Part shown: positions 58,474 to 64,000 of the stretch, in pieces
Numbering within the stretch: the first letter of the stretch is position 1
How the letters are laid out: each line of letters starts with the position of its first letter
Origin: Pseudobdellovibrionaceae bacterium
Lineage (GTDB): Bacteria > Bdellovibrionota > Bdellovibrionia > Bdellovibrionales > JAMPXM01
Length of the DNA: 64,000 nt
NCBI GenBank assembly: GCA_021463345.1
Contig: JAJTYM010000008.1
Span: forward strand, 22,468 to 86,467
Direction of reading: 5' to 3'
Notes under the pieces: model-generated
What the model was told of the DNA's origin: nothing
Database searches by the model: none
What the model saw: only the letters and a program-made list of their open reading frames with translations
Position numbers and translations under genes: made by a program

Positions 58474-59541
58474 ATGGTCACCCTTCTCCAACTCCTCAAG
58501 TTCGCGACCGACCAGGGCGCGAGCGACCTGCACATCGTCGCGGGTTCGCAGCCCGCGCTCCGGGTCAACGGCCGCATCGTGCGGGTCAAAACCGACACCC
58601 TGACCAAGGAAGTCGCGCGCAAGCTCTGCTACTCGGTCCTCAACGACGCTCAGAAGAGCCGTTTCGAGGAACAGAAGGAACTCGACTTCAGTTTCGACAT
58701 CAAGAACATGGCGCGTTTCCGCGCCAACTATTTCTTCCAGAGGAACGCCGTTTCGGGCGTGTTCCGGAAGGTTCCCGTCGCGATCCCCAAGTACGCCGAG
58801 CTGGGCCTGCCCCCGGCCGTCGCCGAACTCACCAACCTGCCGTTCGGCCTCGTGCTCGTCACCGGACCGACGGGCTCCGGCAAGTCGACGACCATCGCGT
58901 CCCTGATCGACAAGATCAACGAGGAGCGCTGGGGCCACATCATCTCGCTGGAGGACCCGATCGAGTTCGTGCACGCGCACAAGAACTGCATCGTCAACCA
59001 GCGCGAGATCGGCACCGACACCGAGGCTTACCGCACGGCCATGCGCTACATGCTCCGGCAGGACCCGGATTACTGCATGGTCGGCGAGTTGCGCGACCTC
59101 GACACGATCGAGTCGGCGCTGACGATCGCCGAGACCGGCCACTTGGTGTTCGCGACCCTGCACACGAACTCCGCGATCCAGACGATCAACCGCCTGGTCA
59201 GCGTTTTCCCGCCGGAGCAACAGGAGCGCGTGCGCATCATGCTGAGTTTCAGCTTGCAAGGCGTGATCAGCCAGCGCCTGCTCCCGTCGCTGCAGGGCGG
59301 GCGCGTCGCCGCCATCGAGTTTCTCGTCATGACCCCGTCGGTCCGCAACCTGGTCCGCGAGAATAAGCTCCACCAGGTCGCCTCGATGATGCAGGTCGGG
59401 CAGGAGAACACCGGGATGGTGACCATGAACCAGAGCCTGATGAACCTCCTGATACGCCGACGCATCGACGCGAAAACGGCGTTCTCGGCGAGCCCAGAGC
59501 CCGAGAACCTCGATGCGATGCTCAAGAAAGCGGGTGTGTGA
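58474..59541 (+). CDS. pilT: Twitching motility (pilus retraction) ATPase PilT
   Basis: 355 aa: ASDLHI..G..P..R..G, Walker A (GPTGSGKSTT), and AIRNLIRE-like (SVRNLVRENK). Confidence 0.92.
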   Translation: MVTLLQLLKFATDQGASDLHIVAGSQPALRVNGRIVRVKTDTLTKEVARKLCYSVLNDAQKSRFEEQKELDFSFDIKNMARFRANYFFQRNAVSGVFRKVPVAIPKYAELGLPPAVAELTNLPFGLVLVTGPTGSGKSTTIASLIDKINEERWGHIISLEDPIEFVHAHKNCIVNQREIGTDTEAYRTAMRYMLRQDPDYCMVGELRDLDTIESALTIAETGHLVFATLHTNSAIQTINRLVSVFPPEQQERVRIMLSFSLQGVISQRLLPSLQGGRVAAIEFLVMTPSVRNLVRENKLHQVASMMQVGQENTGMVTMNQSLMNLLIRRRIDAKTAFSASPEPENLDAMLKKAGV

Positions 59542-60755
59542 TGGCGAAATTCAGTTTCGAGGCCAAAGGCGCCAACGGCAGGGGCTTCCGCGGCGAGATC
59601 GAGGCCGCCAGCGAGGCCGAGGCGCGGATCAAGCTGCGCGCGCAGCGCCTCGTGCCCCTCCGAGTCGTTTCGAAGGAGGCGAAGGCCTCCGTCGTCAAGA
59701 AGGTCGGCCTGAACAAGGTCAGAGCCAAGGATCTGCAGATCTTCACCCGCCAGCTGGCGACCCTGCTCGGATCCGGCATCCCGATCATCCAGAGCCTCGA
59801 CGTGCTCGCCCGCGGCGCGCGCAGCCCGGGCCTGGCCAGCGCCTTGATGGATGTCGTCGCCCAGGTCAGCAAGGGCAAACGCCTGGCCGAGGCGCTCGCC
59901 GACCATCCGCGCGTCTTCGACCGCTTCTACGTCAACATGGTCCGCGCCGGTGAGGAGTCGGGCGGCCTCGACCTCGTCCTCAACCGCCTCGCCGTTTACA
60001 TCGAAAAATCGGTGAAGATCGCGGGCAAGGTCAAAGGCGCGATGCTGTACCCGGCCATCGTCATGGTCGTCGCGAGCGGCGTCGTCGCGGCCATCCTCGT
60101 GTTCGTCATCCCGAAGTTCCAGGATCTCTTCAAAAACTCCGGCCAGGAGCTCCCCGGCCTCACCCGGATGGTGATCGCGGCTTCCGATTTCTTCGTCAGC
60201 TACTGGTACGTGATCGTCGGCGCGATCGTCGGCGCCGTCATGATGCTGGTGAACTACTACCGGACGGACGCCGGCCGCGCCACGTGCGACGCGGTCATGA
60301 TCGACATGCCCATCTTGGGGGACCTCGTGCAGAAAGGCGCCGTCGCCCGCTTCACGCGGACGCTGGCGACGCTGCTCGGGTCGGGCGTCGGGATCATGGA
60401 GTCGATCGACATCGCCTCCAAGGTCGTCGGCAACCACGTCGTCGAGCAGGCCCTCCTGCGCGCCCGCGACTCGATCAGCGAGGGGAAATCGATCGTCGTC
60501 CCGCTCTCCAAGGAGAAGTACATCCCATCGATGGTGACCCAGATGATCGGCGTCGGCGAGCAGACCGGCAATCTCGACCAGATGCTCAACAAGATCGCCG
60601 ATTTCTACGAGGACGAGGTCGATGCCGCGGTCGGCGCGATGACCAGCATCATCGAACCCCTCCTGATGGTGGGCCTTGGCGGCATCATCGCCGTCCTCGT
60701 CATCGCGATGTACCTGCCGATCTTCAATCTCGCGGGCGCCGCCGGGGCGGGTTGA
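59541..60755 (+). CDS. pilC: Type IV pilus platform protein PilC (GspF family)
   Basis: About 404 aa with two T2SSF repeats and 3 TM segments. The C-terminus is MYLPIFNLAG. Confidence 0.9.
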   Translation: MAKFSFEAKGANGRGFRGEIEAASEAEARIKLRAQRLVPLRVVSKEAKASVVKKVGLNKVRAKDLQIFTRQLATLLGSGIPIIQSLDVLARGARSPGLASALMDVVAQVSKGKRLAEALADHPRVFDRFYVNMVRAGEESGGLDLVLNRLAVYIEKSVKIAGKVKGAMLYPAIVMVVASGVVAAILVFVIPKFQDLFKNSGQELPGLTRMVIAASDFFVSYWYVIVGAIVGAVMMLVNYYRTDAGRATCDAVMIDMPILGDLVQKGAVARFTRTLATLLGSGVGIMESIDIASKVVGNHVVEQALLRARDSISEGKSIVVPLSKEKYIPSMVTQMIGVGEQTGNLDQMLNKIADFYEDEVDAAVGAMTSIIEPLLMVGLGGIIAVLVIAMYLPIFNLAGAAGAG

Positions 60756-60758
60756 GGG

Positions 60759-62503
60759 GTGAGCGGCGAGGCGGGAACTCCAGTCGAATCGGGCTTCGGC
60801 TTCGATTTCACGAAGAGTCGGACCCAGATGCTCATCATCCAGGGCGTCCGCCTCGCGTTCCTGCTCGCCATCCTCCTGATCACGCTCGTTTTCCAAGGCC
60901 TGCAGCCCGAATTCGTCAACACGAGCGTGCTGTTCCCCATCTACGCGATGATGACGGCGATGTTCGTCGTCAACGCGGCTTACCTGGCCTGCTTCGAGTG
61001 GTTCCTCCGGCATTGGGTGACGACCGCTTCCCTGTTCTTCCTGGAAAGCGCGTTCATCACCGGGCTGATTTACTTCACCGGCATCAACCAGTCGATCTTC
61101 CTCTTCCTGTACCTGGTGAACATCATCCTGGCCGGCTTCGTCTTCGGCCGGCGCGGCGCTTTCCTGCTCTCGCTCTGGACCTCGATCTGCTTCAGCCTGC
61201 TGCTCATCTTCGGGCCGGAGGTGAGGGGGCAGACCCTCTTCTTCGCCATCGGGCTCAACAACATCGCCTTCATCGCCGTCTCGTTCCTCTCGGGGATCCT
61301 GAGCGAGCAGCTCAATTTCATGGGCAGCGAGCTCAAGGCCCGCGGCAAGGACCTGCGCGCGCTGCAGAGCCTCAACCAGCTGATCCTCGAGAACATCGCG
61401 ACCGGCCTGCTCACCATCGACCAAGGCGGCGAAGTGCTGCAGGGCAACCGCGCCGCGGCCGAGATCCTCGACGCGCCGGCGAAGGGGCTGGTCGGTACGA
61501 GCATCGAGTCGTGGCTCGCCGGCATCATGGACCGCATCCGCTCCCTGTCCTTCACGGCTGGAGACCGTCGCGCCGAACGGTTCGACTGGACTTACAGGAA
61601 CCCCGACGGCGACAAGCTGATCCTCGAGATCACGGTCTCGCCGCTTTTCGAGGAGGACGGAGCTCTCAAGGGCCACGTGCTCGCGTTCCAGGATTCCACG
61701 AAGGTCCGGCGCCTCGAGTTCCAGATGCGGCAGTCGGAGAAAATGGCGGCCGTCGGCCAACTCGCCGCCGGGATCGCGCACGAGATCCGCAACCCGCTAG
61801 CCAGTATCAGCGGAAGCATCCAACTCCTCGAAGGGTCGTTCACCAGCCGCCAGGAGGAGGAGCGGCGGTTGATGCGGATCGTGCTCAAGGAGATCGACCG
61901 CCTCAACAACCTCATCACCGAGTTCCTCGATTTCGTGAAGCCCGATCAGATCGGGGACGAATCGGTCGACCTGAGCGCCCTCGTGCGCGACGTGCTCGAG
62001 ATGACGAGGCTGAACGCGGCGTTGCGCGGGGACGTCGAGCAGCGGGTCGACCTGGCGTCCGCGCGGCGGATCTCCGGCAACCGAGACAAACTGAAGCAGG
62101 CGATCCTCAACATCGTCATCAACGCCTACCAGGCGATGAACGACGCGGAAAAGCCGGTCATCGAGGTGCGCACGCTCGACCGCTCCGGCCACGTGATCCT
62201 CCTCATCCGCGACCACGGCGTCGGCATCGAGGAGAATCGCCTGCGCAAGATCTTCGATCCGTTCCACACCACGAAGCCGAAGGGCACCGGGCTCGGGCTC
62301 GCGGTCACGCACAAGATCATCGAAAGCCACCAAGGCAGGGTCTTCGTCGAGAGCGCCAAAGGCGTCGGCACCGAATTCACCCTCGAGTTCCCCGCGCGGG
62401 CGGACGGACCAAGAGCCAGTGACAATTCAGGCCTTGCGGAAAGGATGGGCGCACAGGAGAATTTAATGGCCTCCAGGGGCAGGACCGGTGAGAGGGGTAA
62501 TCG

Positions 62504-62507
<4 letters not shown>
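60759..62507 (+). CDS. pilS: Membrane sensor histidine kinase, PilS-like
   Basis: About 6 N-terminal TM segments are followed by PAS, HisKA (AAGIAHEIRNPL) and HATPase_c (GTGLGLAVTHKIIESHQG). Its position is between pilC and the NtrC-type regulator. Confidence 0.8.
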
Positions 62508-63913
<1,406 letters not shown>

Positions 63914-63925
63914 CGGAATGAGCGC

Positions 63926-64000
63926 ATGATCGACCAGCGGTTCGCCAAAATCTTCATCGGGGCGATGGTCGCGCTGCTCCTGGCCACGATGTGGTACGGG
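63926..64000 (+). CDS. Start of an unidentified ORF with an N-terminal hydrophobic segment (cut by the window end)
   Basis: ATG at 63926: MIDQRFAKIFIGAMVALLLATMWY.... Only 25 codons are visible. It lacks a class III prepilin leader (no G/FTLIE). Confidence 0.25.
   Translation, partial: MIDQRFAKIFIGAMVALLLATMWYG

Noticed and set aside
56577-59366. A 929-aa + strand ORF spanning pilB and pilT, and a 712-aa ORF (60284..62422) spanning pilC and pilS.
   Set aside because: They are same-strand, off-frame read-through of real genes. The translations are Arg/Pro/Gly-rich nonsense that crosses gene boundaries.

Overview
This is a visibly GC-rich chromosomal segment (G+C not computed) from a diderm (Gram-negative) bacterium. 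Gene content and order resemble Myxococcota or Bdellovibrionota-type lineages; that is inference only. I can support about 50 protein genes, one tRNA-Gly, a few intrinsic terminators and promoters, and two short in-frame tandem repeats.

Most of the window is core housekeeping:
- a fatty-acid oxidation enzyme (truncated at the 5' edge), pirin, DoxX and an RND efflux permease;
- an ABC-F ATPase, purA, a serC-like/serA-like pair, lptE-holA, rpsT, murJ, a DEAD-box helicase and mazG;
- an 18.6 kb co-directional block on the + strand: pgpH-ybeY-prfB-lolC/E-lolD-bamA-skp-fabZ-lpxA-(Gfo/Idh/MocA)-lpxB-lpxK-lpxL-like-DUF3108-GT9-GT9;
- a CHASE2 kinase/NtrC-type regulator pair, ribF, and a type IV pilus core module pilB-pilT-pilC-pilS-pilR.

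I found no CRISPR array, rRNA, intact mobile element or recognisable defence system. I cannot point to a clear novel multi-gene system. The items most worth a second look are:
- a low-GC scar beside tRNA-Gly carrying a decayed brnT/brnA-like pair and a solo IS3-type OrfA;
- an 857-aa orphan MORN-repeat protein with an acidic tail;
- a gnnA-like oxidoreductase inside an lpx cluster that lacks lpxD;
- a DUF3108 lipoprotein embedded among the lipid A and core genes;
- a run of secreted proteases next to a parvulin;
- a redoxin ORF whose only stop lies 360 nt inside a convergent gene;
- in-frame 24-nt tandem repeats in lptE and in the helicase tail.

The many 700-1000 aa ORFs antisense to, or off-frame from, real genes are treated as stop-poor shadow frames typical of GC-rich DNA. 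Start codons are often ambiguous, so the coordinates give my preferred start.
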